DNA of 64,000 nt from contig JBFGCT010000001.1 of assembly GCA_041581055.1 (NCBI GenBank), positions 6,652-70,651 of the forward strand, in the 5' to 3' direction. Shown here piece after piece: positions 48,146 to 56,284 of the stretch. Made by a program: the position numbers and the translations under genes. Origin of the DNA: Ilumatobacteraceae bacterium. GTDB taxonomy: Bacteria; Actinomycetota; Acidimicrobiia; Acidimicrobiales; Ilumatobacteraceae. The stretch's first letter is position 1; each line of letters begins with the position of its first letter. Below the pieces are notes generated by a model. It had not been told where the DNA came from and ran no database searches. It was given only the letters and a program-made list of their open reading frames with translations.

Positions 48146-48856
48146 TCAGACACCGACGGTGGCGTTGTCGGGCAGCTGGCGGGCGATCCACGAGTCGAGC
48201 TGGGGGCCGGATTCGAAGCTGGTGATCAGCGCGTAGCGCGGCTCGTCGCCGCTGTGCACGACGACGTGCCACAGCCGCTGCGTGTCGACGACGAAGCGGG
48301 CGCCGCGGTGCAGGGGCACGCGGATCTCGGTCGCCGGGTCGGGAAGGCCGTCGGCGCCGTTGTCCATCAGCAGCATGTAGCTGTCGGGGTTGTCGGTGAG
48401 CTCGACCCACGACCGCACGACCCAGCCCTCGTCGTCGGGGTTGAAGCGGTTGTTGTCGTCACGGTGCAGCGACCGGATCGCCGTCTCGCGGTCCTGCGGC
48501 TCGAGCTTGATCACCCGCACCCGCCCGAAGTTCGCCCCGACGTCGTCGACGTACCGGCGGATCGTCGGCGCGATCTCGGCGTTCGTCGTCCACCGCGCGT
48601 CCTTGTCGGTCTTGCCCTTGTCCCAGAATCCACGGCAGTCGAGCTCGCCGTCGGCCGACGCGATCGGCGCGAAGTTGGTGTCGCCGCCCGACTTCCAATC
48701 CATGTACTCGAGGGCCATGAACTCGGCCTCCGGGACCGCGTCGGGCAGGTCGGCGAGCTGCACGAAGCCGGTCTCGGCGAGGACGTCGAGCCGGCGATGG
48801 GGGGTGTCGAGCGGGATCTCCACGCTCCAGTGGTCGGCGTTCGGCCAGAAGCTCAT
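48146..48856 (-). CDS. Cupin/2OG-Fe(II)-oxygenase-like hypothetical protein
   Basis: MSFWPNADHW...SLHRDDNN...LWHVVVH (HxD...H arrangement). The listed ORF extends to 49147, but codon third-position GC drops between about 48860 and 49000. Confidence 0.45.
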   Translation of the reverse strand: MSFWPNADHWSVEIPLDTPHRRLDVLAETGFVQLADLPDAVPEAEFMALEYMDWKSGGDTNFAPIASADGELDCRGFWDKGKTDKDARWTTNAEIAPTIRRYVDDVGANFGRVRVIKLEPQDRETAIRSLHRDDNNRFNPDDEGWVVRSWVELTDNPDSYMLLMDNGADGLPDPATEIRVPLHRGARFVVDTQRLWHVVVHSGDEPRYALITSFESGPQLDSWIARQLPDNATVGV

Positions 48857-49153
48857 GGACGGCAAGTCTATGAACCGCGGGACAGCCGCGGCGGGGAACT
48901 CCGTCACAGCGCCCGGCAGGTCATCACGGCCTGGACGTCGACCAACCGGAGCCCGGCGCGTTCGATGTTGCGCGCCGACGTCGTCCACCTCGGTCGCGCG
49001 CCGAGTCGGCGCGGCGAACAGCGCGACCATCGCCCCGTCGCCGAGCGGTTCGACGGCAACCTCCGAGCCGCGCTCCAAGCGCATCGCCTCGGCGACGGCG
49101 ACCACCGATTCGACCTCGGAGCGGGCCAGCCGGTCGAGGCGGTCCACCGCCGC

Positions 49154-49510
49154 TCAGCCGGTCGTCGTCGCCGGGATCGCGGGAAGCTCGTCGACGACGA
49201 ACACGTCGCTCGGGATCTCGATGGTCTGGCCGGCCTGGATCGCGTCGGGGTTCGGCAGGCCGTTGATCTCGACGATCGACTGCACCGGGACGCCGAATGA
49301 CGCGGCGATCACCGCCAGCGTGTCGCCCCGCTTGATCACGTAGAACTTCTGACCCTCGGGAAGCGACGTCGTCGAGGTCGAGCTGGTCGAGGTCGTCGTG
49401 CGGATCGGGGCGAGCGTCTCGCGCGACGCCTTGTCGGTCGTGCCGCACCCGACCGCGATCAGGGTGACCCCGACCGGCAGGGCGAGCAGGGCGCGTCGGG
49501 GTCCAGCCAC
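49154..49510 (-). CDS. LysM-domain lipoprotein
   Basis: Lipobox LIAVGC, a Ser/Thr-rich linker, and LysM YVIKRGDTLAVIAASFGVPVQSIVEINGL. Confidence 0.75.
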   Translation of the reverse strand: MAGPRRALLALPVGVTLIAVGCGTTDKASRETLAPIRTTTSTSSTSTTSLPEGQKFYVIKRGDTLAVIAASFGVPVQSIVEINGLPNPDAIQAGQTIEIPSDVFVVDELPAIPATTTG

Positions 49511-49571
49511 GCCGTCATGTTAGGGCGCTCGGAATGCGGCGCCGCATCGCCCGCGGCCTACCCTCGCTGCC

Positions 49572-50501
49572 GTGGCGCCAACCGACTCGATCGAACACCC
49601 GTATCCGGGCGCCCGTCGTCCCGATCGGTCCTACGACCTGGGCGCGGACGGGGTCCGCCTGGCGGTGTACGAGTGGGGCGACGAGGGCGCGCCGCCGCTG
49701 CTCGTCGTGCACGGCGGGTTCGACTTCGCCCGCACGTTCGACGTCTTCGCGCCCAAGCTCGCCGCCGGCGGCTGGCGCGTCGTCGGCTGGGACCAGCGCG
49801 GCCACGGCGACAGCGCGCACGCCGAGCTGTACTCGTGGGACGCCGACATGCGCGACGCCCTGACCATCTTCGACCACGTCAGCCCCGGCCACCCGCTCCC
49901 GGTCGTCGGCCACTCCAAGGGCGGCGCGATGATGACCCAGCTCGCCGACGCGCAGCCGTTCCGCTTCACCCATCTCGTGAACATGGACGGCATCCCCTAC
50001 AAGCGGCGCATCCCCGACGTCGCCGAGCACGAGCGGAACCGGATGCTGGCCACCGAGCTCGGGGCGTGGCTCGACCACCGCCGCCGCACCGCCGACGCCC
50101 GGCGCCGCCCGGGGACGATCGACGAGTTGGCGGGCCGCCGCGGGCGGATGAACCCGCGCCTTCCGCTCGACTGGCTCCGCCGCCTGGTGACGGTCGGCGG
50201 CTACGAGTCCGACGACGGGTGGCGCTGGAAGATCGACCCGTCGATGCGCTTCGGCGGCTTCGGCCCGTGGCGGCCCGAGTGGACCTTGATGCGGCTGCCC
50301 GGCATCCCGATGCCGTTCCTCGGCATCCTCGGCGCCGAGATGGAGGAGATGGGCTGGGGCACGCCGCCGGAGAAGGTGCTGCCGTACATGCCGCTCGACG
50401 GCCGCTGCGAGGTGCTCGACGACGTCGGCCACTTCGTGCACATCGAGCGTCCCGACCAGGTGAGCGCGATGGTGCTCGACTTCCTCGGGCGCCCGTCGTG
50501 A
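49572..50501 (+). CDS. Alpha/beta hydrolase
   Basis: LLVVHGGFDFARTF, nucleophile elbow VVGHSKGGAM, and C-terminal VGHFVHIERP. Confidence 0.8.
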   Translation: MAPTDSIEHPYPGARRPDRSYDLGADGVRLAVYEWGDEGAPPLLVVHGGFDFARTFDVFAPKLAAGGWRVVGWDQRGHGDSAHAELYSWDADMRDALTIFDHVSPGHPLPVVGHSKGGAMMTQLADAQPFRFTHLVNMDGIPYKRRIPDVAEHERNRMLATELGAWLDHRRRTADARRRPGTIDELAGRRGRMNPRLPLDWLRRLVTVGGYESDDGWRWKIDPSMRFGGFGPWRPEWTLMRLPGIPMPFLGILGAEMEEMGWGTPPEKVLPYMPLDGRCEVLDDVGHFVHIERPDQVSAMVLDFLGRPS

Positions 50502-51181
50502 CCGGGGTCCCGGTCACCCGGCTGCGGCACAACCGGGTCGAGCTCGCCCTCCATCACCTCCGCCGCGGCGGCGGACGCGACGACGGCGGGCGGCCCCTGT
50601 TGATCCTCCACGGGCTCGGCGAGACGGCGCCGCGGGCCGTGCCGCGGTGGGCCGAGTCCTGGCGGGGGCCGATCGCCGCCCTCGACTTCACCGGCCACGG
50701 CGACTCGACGATCCCCCGCGGCGGCGGCTACACGGCCGAGCTCCTCCTCGGCGACGCCGACGCGGCGCTCGCCGCGCTCACCGACGACGACCCCGGCGCG
50801 TCGATCACCGTCGTCGGGCGGGGGCTCGGCGCGTACATCGCGCTGCAGCTCGCCGGCGCCCGCGCGTCGGCGGTGCACGGCGCGGTGTTGCTCGACGGGC
50901 CCGGCTTGGCCGGCGGACCGAGCGGCCCGACGTCGCAGAGCTTCTTCTCGCTCCCGGCCAACGGCACGGCGCCCGACCCGTACGCGCTCGTCGAGCTCGG
51001 GCGCGACCTTCGCCCGCCGGACTACGCGACGTCGTTCGTCCGACTGGCGCTCGCCGGCTCGACGCTCGACGAGCCGATCGCCGTCTGTTGCATCTTCCGC
51101 CCCGACTGGGTCGAGGCCGTCGTCAACGAGCAGGGCGTCGAGGAGCTCCCGCTGGCCGAGGCCCTCCGCCGGTTCGCCTGA
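50498..51181 (+). CDS. Alpha/beta-hydrolase-fold protein (divergent)
   Basis: GTGA overlap with the upstream hydrolase. LLILHGLGETA..., FTGHGDS, and VVGRGLGAYIA (Ser replaced in the elbow). Confidence 0.6.
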   Translation: MTGVPVTRLRHNRVELALHHLRRGGGRDDGGRPLLILHGLGETAPRAVPRWAESWRGPIAALDFTGHGDSTIPRGGGYTAELLLGDADAALAALTDDDPGASITVVGRGLGAYIALQLAGARASAVHGAVLLDGPGLAGGPSGPTSQSFFSLPANGTAPDPYALVELGRDLRPPDYATSFVRLALAGSTLDEPIAVCCIFRPDWVEAVVNEQGVEELPLAEALRRFA

Positions 51182-51184
51182 CCC

Positions 51185-51457
51185 CCGCCGCCCCGCAGCC
51201 CACTCCGTTTGCGTCGCGATTGTGAACGGGCGTCCCACCGAAATCGCGACGCAAACGACGGATGGTGGCGCAACCCGCCGGCGCCGCCCCCGCAGCCCAT
51301 TCCGTTTGCGTCGCGATTGTGAACGGGCGTCCCACCGAAATCGCGACGCAAACGACGGATGGTGGCGCAACCCGCCGGCGCCGCCCCCGCAGCCCACTCC
51401 GTTTGCGTCGCGATTGTGAACGGGCGTCCCACCGAAATCGCGACGCAAACGACGGGT
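51185..51457. repeat. Tandem array: 3 copies of a 97-bp unit, each containing the 50-nt palindromic element
   Basis: Hairpins at 51207-51256, 51304-51353 and 51401-51450 (GTTTGCGTCGCGATT GTGAACGGGCGTCCCACCGA AATCGCGACGCAAAC). The inter-hairpin segments are near-identical, with one C/T difference seen. Confidence 0.9.
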
Positions 51458-51491
51458 TCCTTGGCGCTCGCCGCGCGGTTAGCGTGAGGGC

Positions 51492-51974
51492 GTGAGCATC
51501 GTGCCGGGCGTCGTCGTCGCGCTGGTTGCGTTCGCGGTGATGGAGCCGGTGACCGCGGCGATCCACCGCTGGGTGATGCACGGCGTCGGCGAGCGCCTCC
51601 ACCGCAGCCACCATCGGCGGCCGGGCAGCACGTCGTGGGAGGCGAACGACTGGTACCCGGTGCTGTTCGCGTCGATCGTGATGGTGGCGATGTGGGCCGG
51701 ATTCAACCGCGACGGTCTGGGGGCGCTCGTCCCGGTGACCATCGGCGTCACGGCGTACGGCGCGGCGTACGCGCTGGTCCACGACGGGTACATCCACCGC
51801 CGGGCGCCGTGGTTCCCGGCACGTCGCGTCGGCATGCTCGACCGACTCGTCGACGCCCACCGGATCCACCACCTGTACGGGCAGGCCCCGTACGGCATGC
51901 TGCTGCCGGTCGTCCCGGGCGAGCTGCGAGAGCGGGCCGCCGCCGCCCGCCGCGACCCGCTGGTGCGCGCCTGA
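51492..51974 (+). CDS. Beta-carotene-hydroxylase-like (CrtZ / fatty-acid hydroxylase superfamily) membrane protein
   Basis: Histidine boxes HRWVMHG, HRSHH, HDGYIH and HRIHH. Confidence 0.75.
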   Translation: MSIVPGVVVALVAFAVMEPVTAAIHRWVMHGVGERLHRSHHRRPGSTSWEANDWYPVLFASIVMVAMWAGFNRDGLGALVPVTIGVTAYGAAYALVHDGYIHRRAPWFPARRVGMLDRLVDAHRIHHLYGQAPYGMLLPVVPGELRERAAAARRDPLVRA

Positions 51975-51986
51975 CGGCGCGGTCGG

Positions 51987-52829
51987 TCAGAAGACGAACA
52001 GCCCGGCCGTACCCGGCCCCGTGTGGGCCCCGACCGACGGACCGATGCGGTACTGCACGATGTCGCCGACCGCTGGATGCCCGGCGAGGACGTCGGTGAG
52101 TTGGACCCCGACCGGGCGGCTCGTCTCGTCCGAGGTCCCGATCGCGATCCGCAGCCCGTGGGGATTGCTCGGCGTCCACTCGAGCGCGTAGTGCGTCATC
52201 GAGGCGATCGCCTGGTTGAGCGTCTGCACCGTGTCGAGCACCTCGAGCTTCCCACCCGACATCGCCAGCACCGGCACCCCCGCTTCGGCCGCGGCGGCGA
52301 CACCGACGCCGTCCGCCCGACCCGACCGCTCGGTGAGCGCCGGCACGCCGACGATGAAGACTGTGCCGAGGTCGGCGGCCCGGCGCCGGGCCACGCTCGA
52401 CGCCTCGGTGACCGAAGCGCCGGCGTCGAGCGCCTCGGCGGCCGCCCAGACGCAGCACGAGACACCGAACGACGCCGTCCCGCTGTCGACCAGGTGGACC
52501 GGGCAGGAGACCTGCTCGGCGGCCAGCCGCGCCGAGTTCAGCGTGCCGCTCAACGCGGCCGAGAGATGCACGGACAGGATCTCGGTCGCGCCGGCCGCGA
52601 TCAGCCGGCCGTACGCGGCGGCGAAGTCGCCGGGCGACGGTTGGCTCGTCTCGATCACCGGCTCGTGCCCGCCGTCCCACGCCGCGTAGAACTCGTCGAC
52701 GGTCAGGTCGACACCCTCGTGGTACTCGCGGCCGTCGATCGTGACCGGCAGCGCGACGACCTCGATCTCGTACCTCTCGGCCAGCGACGGAGGCATCTGG
52801 CTGTTCGAGTCGGTGACGAGTCCGATCAT
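51987..52829 (-). CDS. DegV-family fatty-acid-binding protein
   Basis: MIGLVTDSNSQMP..., TSQPSPGDF, HLSAALSGT. Start at ATG 52829 within the listed 495-aa ORF. Confidence 0.85.
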   Translation of the reverse strand: MIGLVTDSNSQMPPSLAERYEIEVVALPVTIDGREYHEGVDLTVDEFYAAWDGGHEPVIETSQPSPGDFAAAYGRLIAAGATEILSVHLSAALSGTLNSARLAAEQVSCPVHLVDSGTASFGVSCCVWAAAEALDAGASVTEASSVARRRAADLGTVFIVGVPALTERSGRADGVGVAAAAEAGVPVLAMSGGKLEVLDTVQTLNQAIASMTHYALEWTPSNPHGLRIAIGTSDETSRPVGVQLTDVLAGHPAVGDIVQYRIGPSVGAHTGPGTAGLFVF

Positions 52830-52888
52830 GGTGCTCCCGATGCTTCCACACCGCCGACACCGTTCCGCCGCGTGCCGCCCGCCGACGG

Positions 52889-53500
52889 TCAACCGGCGTC
52901 CGCGAACCGCCGCATGATCATCGCGCTGGTCACCAAGTTGGCCAGCGGGAGCGCCAGCGACGGCTTCGGGCCCCAGAGGTTCCGCCAACCCTTGGCCCAC
53001 CACACGAGCCCCCCGAGCACCCAGCACGCGCTCGACACGGCCGTCGCCTCGAAGGCGCGCCGTTTGGCGGCCGGATTGGCCGCGGTCACCGCGGCGACCG
53101 CGACGTCGATCGGGAAGTACGCCGGGAACGTCGCCAGGCACTGGCCGACGCTCGCCGCGACGCCCTTGCCGCCGCGAAACCCGTTGGCCACCGGATAGCA
53201 GTGCCCGGCGACGGCGGCGGTCCCGCCGAGGTGCGCGCCGGTCGGGCCGGCGACGACGGCGCCGACCGCGCAGGCCGCGGCACCCTTGGCGATGTCGCCG
53301 GCCATCACCGTCGCGCCGGCGCGCGCGCCGAGCAGCTTGAGCGCGTTGGCGCCCCCGGGGTTGCCGCTGCCGGAGCGCCGCAGGTCGGTCGTGCCATCGC
53401 CGATCCGCCGGGCGACGAGGTCGGCGGTCGGGAACATCCCGAGGACGTAGCCGATCGACACCGCCCACGCGCATCGGCGCACGACGGGTGGCACTCGCAT
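52889..53500 (-). CDS. plsY: Glycerol-3-phosphate acyltransferase PlsY
   Basis: GYVLGMFPTADLVARR...GSGNPGGANALK. Start at Met40 of the listed ORF. Confidence 0.85.
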   Translation of the reverse strand: MRVPPVVRRCAWAVSIGYVLGMFPTADLVARRIGDGTTDLRRSGSGNPGGANALKLLGARAGATVMAGDIAKGAAACAVGAVVAGPTGAHLGGTAAVAGHCYPVANGFRGGKGVAASVGQCLATFPAYFPIDVAVAAVTAANPAAKRRAFEATAVSSACWVLGGLVWWAKGWRNLWGPKPSLALPLANLVTSAMIMRRFADAG

Positions 53501-53619
53501 CCGCGGATGGTAATCGAGCCGCGACCGGCCGCCCGGCGGCCCGGAACCAGCGGTGGAAGGCGGCCGGGCCCCTGCTAGATTCGACTCGCTCTCAACGAGA
53601 CGAGGTCCTCGCCTCACAG

Positions 53620-53692
53620 GCCCCCATCGTCTAGTGGCCTAGGACACCACCCTTTCAAGGTGGCGGCACGGGTTCGAATCCCGTTGGGGGTG
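53620..53692 (+). tRNA. tRNA-Glu (anticodon TTC)
   Basis: Hand-folded cloverleaf: acceptor GCCCCCA/TGGGGGT, anticodon arm CCACC CTTTCAA GGTGG, T-arm ACGGG TTCGAAT CCCGT. Confidence 0.9.
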
Positions 53693-53703
53693 CAAATCAC
53701 AAT

Positions 53704-53778
53704 GGTCCCGTGGTGAAGTCAGGAGTTCACGCCGGCCTGTCAAGCCGGAGGTCGCGGGTTCAAATCCCGTCGGGACCG
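53704..53778 (+). tRNA. tRNA-Asp (anticodon GTC)
   Basis: Acceptor GGTCCCG/CGGGACC, anticodon arm CCGGC CTGTCAA GCCGG, T-loop TTCAAAT. Confidence 0.9.
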
Positions 53779-53850
53779 CACAGGGGCCACCCGTCATCCA
53801 CATGACGGGTGGCTCCTGCGAATTCGGAGCGCGGCGCCGCTCCGAACCAC

Positions 53851-53923
53851 GGTCGAGTAGCTCAGTTGGCAGAGCGTCCGCCTGAAAAGCGGAAGGTCCC
53901 CGGATCGACGCCGGGCTCGACCA
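53851..53923 (+). tRNA. tRNA-Phe (anticodon GAA), atypical T-loop
   Basis: Acceptor GGTCGAG/CTCGACC, anticodon arm TCCGC CTGAAAA GCGGA, T-arm CCCGG ATCGACG CCGGG (A at position 54). Confidence 0.85.
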
Positions 53924-54000
53924 CGCCGCACGAGGGCGCCGGGGCAGCGCCTCGGGCCACGCTCGGTCGACCCCGCACGCGCGCGTCGACTCGGCGCGCG

Positions 54001-55392
54001 TCAGGTCTCGACGAACATGACGTTGGTCAGCCAACCGAGTACCGGAGCGTTGCGTGATCCGTTCTCGGTGACGAACACGTCCTGGCAGCCGGGCATTCGC
54101 GCCATGGCCTCACGCGCCTCCTCGAGCGTCGAGTCGGGAGCGACCGTGCCGAACGTGGATTCGAACATCTTGGCCATCTCCTCGTCATTCAAGAGGTCGC
54201 GAAGGCTGAGCTTCGCGGTGTCCTGACCGGCGAATGATTTCGCCGCCACGAACTCCATGATCATCGAGCGATGGGCGATCATATGGGCGTAACCCTCGGC
54301 GTCGATGATCGGGATGCGCGACCGGCCGTTACCCAGGAGCTCTCGAAGGATCACGGTCTCCGGGTCGATCGCTCCCAGCTGAAGAGCGTAGATGTCCTCC
54401 ATGCGCAACATGCGGTCGCGGGCGAGCACCTGGGGGCTCTCGACCGGCATGAACGAGATGTCGAAATGTCCGGGCTCGCCATCGGCCCCGGCCCGGTACG
54501 CGCTCACGAACGGGAGGTGCAATCCCCCGCCTTCGGACTCGTACGGCGCCCACGGCACGGAGCGGAGCTCCTCACGGAGCGCTGAGACCACTTGACGGAC
54601 GATGGACTGAATCCAGGGTGGAAGATCACCGAGACTGCGCGGCTGGCCCTCGAGGCCCATCAGGCGGGCGAGGCCGGTCGTGGGGCCGATCGCGATGCTG
54701 AACAACCCCTCGACTCGCTGGCTGGACTCGATCCTGGCCTCCGACGCCAGAGCCGCCGCGGCGACGTCCTCGCGACTCTGTGGAGTGGCGCTCATGATCG
54801 ACTCGACGGCTGAGCCGGGCAACTCGACGCGGACGAACGGACTGGTGACGCGGGTGGTCTTGTCCATCGAGAGCCGTTCCAACCAGGGACGCAGGTGTTC
54901 GTGCAACGACTGCGCCAACTCCCTGAGGCGTTCCTCCCGGCGGTCGTACCCCGTGAGCGGGCCGTCGTGCCCCTGGACGAATGTCGCGTCGGTGGCCAAC
55001 TGAACGACGAACGCCTCCAATGAATCGACCGACGTCGCGTCGACGCGCAGCGAGGTGCCGTACACCACTGGTGCCTGGCTACCGCATTGAAGGACGATGA
55101 CATTCGTCGGCGTCGTGTCACGAGGATCCGTTGCGACCCCGCATTCCCACATGCAATAGGACCAGTCCTGGTCCTCGCCCGTGTACACCAGGAAAAGAAC
55201 GTCCGTGCTCGCCAGCGCGTTCTTCAGCTCATCGTTCAGCTCCTTACCCGCACGCGGACCCTGAAAGTTCGGCGAGGACGAAAGGTGTATGTCGGCCTGG
55301 GCGTTGGTCAGATCACGGATGAACTCGGCCAACACCAACGCGATGCCGCGATCGGCATGCTTGTGGCTCACGAAGAAGTAGGGATTCGTCAT
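54001..55392 (-). CDS. TIR-domain protein with C-terminal CBS pair
   Basis: N-terminal FFVSHKHADRGIALVLAEFI...STDVLFLVYTGEDQDWSYCMWECG (TIR_2-like, Glu83 retained). C-terminal Bateman-like IPIIDAEGYAHMIAHRSMIMEF and CQDVFVTENGSRNAPVLGWLTNVMF. The ATG at 55392 has GGAG 8 nt upstream. GC is lower than in the flanks. Confidence 0.7.
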   Translation of the reverse strand: MTNPYFFVSHKHADRGIALVLAEFIRDLTNAQADIHLSSSPNFQGPRAGKELNDELKNALASTDVLFLVYTGEDQDWSYCMWECGVATDPRDTTPTNVIVLQCGSQAPVVYGTSLRVDATSVDSLEAFVVQLATDATFVQGHDGPLTGYDRREERLRELAQSLHEHLRPWLERLSMDKTTRVTSPFVRVELPGSAVESIMSATPQSREDVAAAALASEARIESSQRVEGLFSIAIGPTTGLARLMGLEGQPRSLGDLPPWIQSIVRQVVSALREELRSVPWAPYESEGGGLHLPFVSAYRAGADGEPGHFDISFMPVESPQVLARDRMLRMEDIYALQLGAIDPETVILRELLGNGRSRIPIIDAEGYAHMIAHRSMIMEFVAAKSFAGQDTAKLSLRDLLNDEEMAKMFESTFGTVAPDSTLEEAREAMARMPGCQDVFVTENGSRNAPVLGWLTNVMFVET

Positions 55393-55489
55393 CACGTAGC
55401 TCCGATCTACAACCACCACGACCCTACTGCGGGTGGACGGTTGGGGCTTCGCCCGTTTCGACCGCGCCGAGGACCTTCACGCCGCGCCG

Positions 55490-56284
55490 TCACACGCCGA
55501 TGTCGCGACGATTGAAGCCCCAGCTCCCGACGGCGACGAGGATCAGCACCACGACGATCATGAGGGCACAGTCGCCACCGTCGAGTCCGCGTCTGAGCGG
55601 ATCGTTACCCGTCAGCCAGTCGAACGGCGACAGGTTCTCGACCCACTCGAGCCCGTCCCGCTGCGGGATGATCCCATTGGCCACGTATCCGAGGACCGCG
55701 GCGCCGGCGCCCACGCCGAGGGCCAGCGACCGGCGTCCCGACGCGGCGCCGACAGCGAACGCCAGGGCGCCGAAGACGGCGGCGAACAGGGCGAGGTGAG
55801 CGTGCATCGCGGCGAACCCGGCGATCGGGATGTCGTCCAGTCGGGCCGGCACGATCAGCGCGAGCATCGCCAGCCAGAACACGCCGACGATGATCGCGAC
55901 GCTGACGAGGAACGCGGCGAATCGCCGAACCGCCAGCCCCACCCGGCTGACCGGCTGCGCCGCGATGAGGTCGAGGGTCCCGGCCTCCTCGTCCCCGGCG
56001 ATCGCGCGGGCGCCGGCGCCGACCGAGTAGACCACCAGGAGGACCGCCACGATCAGCCCGTACACGCTGGCGGCGAGGTACCCCGCAGCGGTGGAGATGT
56101 CGCCGTAGTCGAGCGCTTCGAGCAGGCCCTCGGGATAGCTGTCGAGTGCCTCCTGGATCCCCGGCGAGTCGATCGTCGGCCAGAACGCGGCGTAGCCGCC
56201 GCCGACGATCACGATCGCCAGCGTCCAGACGGCGATCGACCGCCGGGCGTCCCACAGCCACTTGGTGAAGACGTCACGCAGCAC
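55490..56284 (-). CDS. ABC-2-type transporter permease
   Basis: 264-aa, 6-TM protein overlapping the upstream ATPase gene by 11 nt. Confidence 0.75.
   Translation of the reverse strand: MLRDVFTKWLWDARRSIAVWTLAIVIVGGGYAAFWPTIDSPGIQEALDSYPEGLLEALDYGDISTAAGYLAASVYGLIVAVLLVVYSVGAGARAIAGDEEAGTLDLIAAQPVSRVGLAVRRFAAFLVSVAIIVGVFWLAMLALIVPARLDDIPIAGFAAMHAHLALFAAVFGALAFAVGAASGRRSLALGVGAGAAVLGYVANGIIPQRDGLEWVENLSPFDWLTGNDPLRRGLDGGDCALMIVVVLILVAVGSWGFNRRDIGV

Noticed and set aside
51185-51457. Possible CRISPR array
   Set aside because: The sequences between the palindromes are near-identical to each other, so they are not unique spacers. The unit is 97 bp, and no cas genes are nearby.
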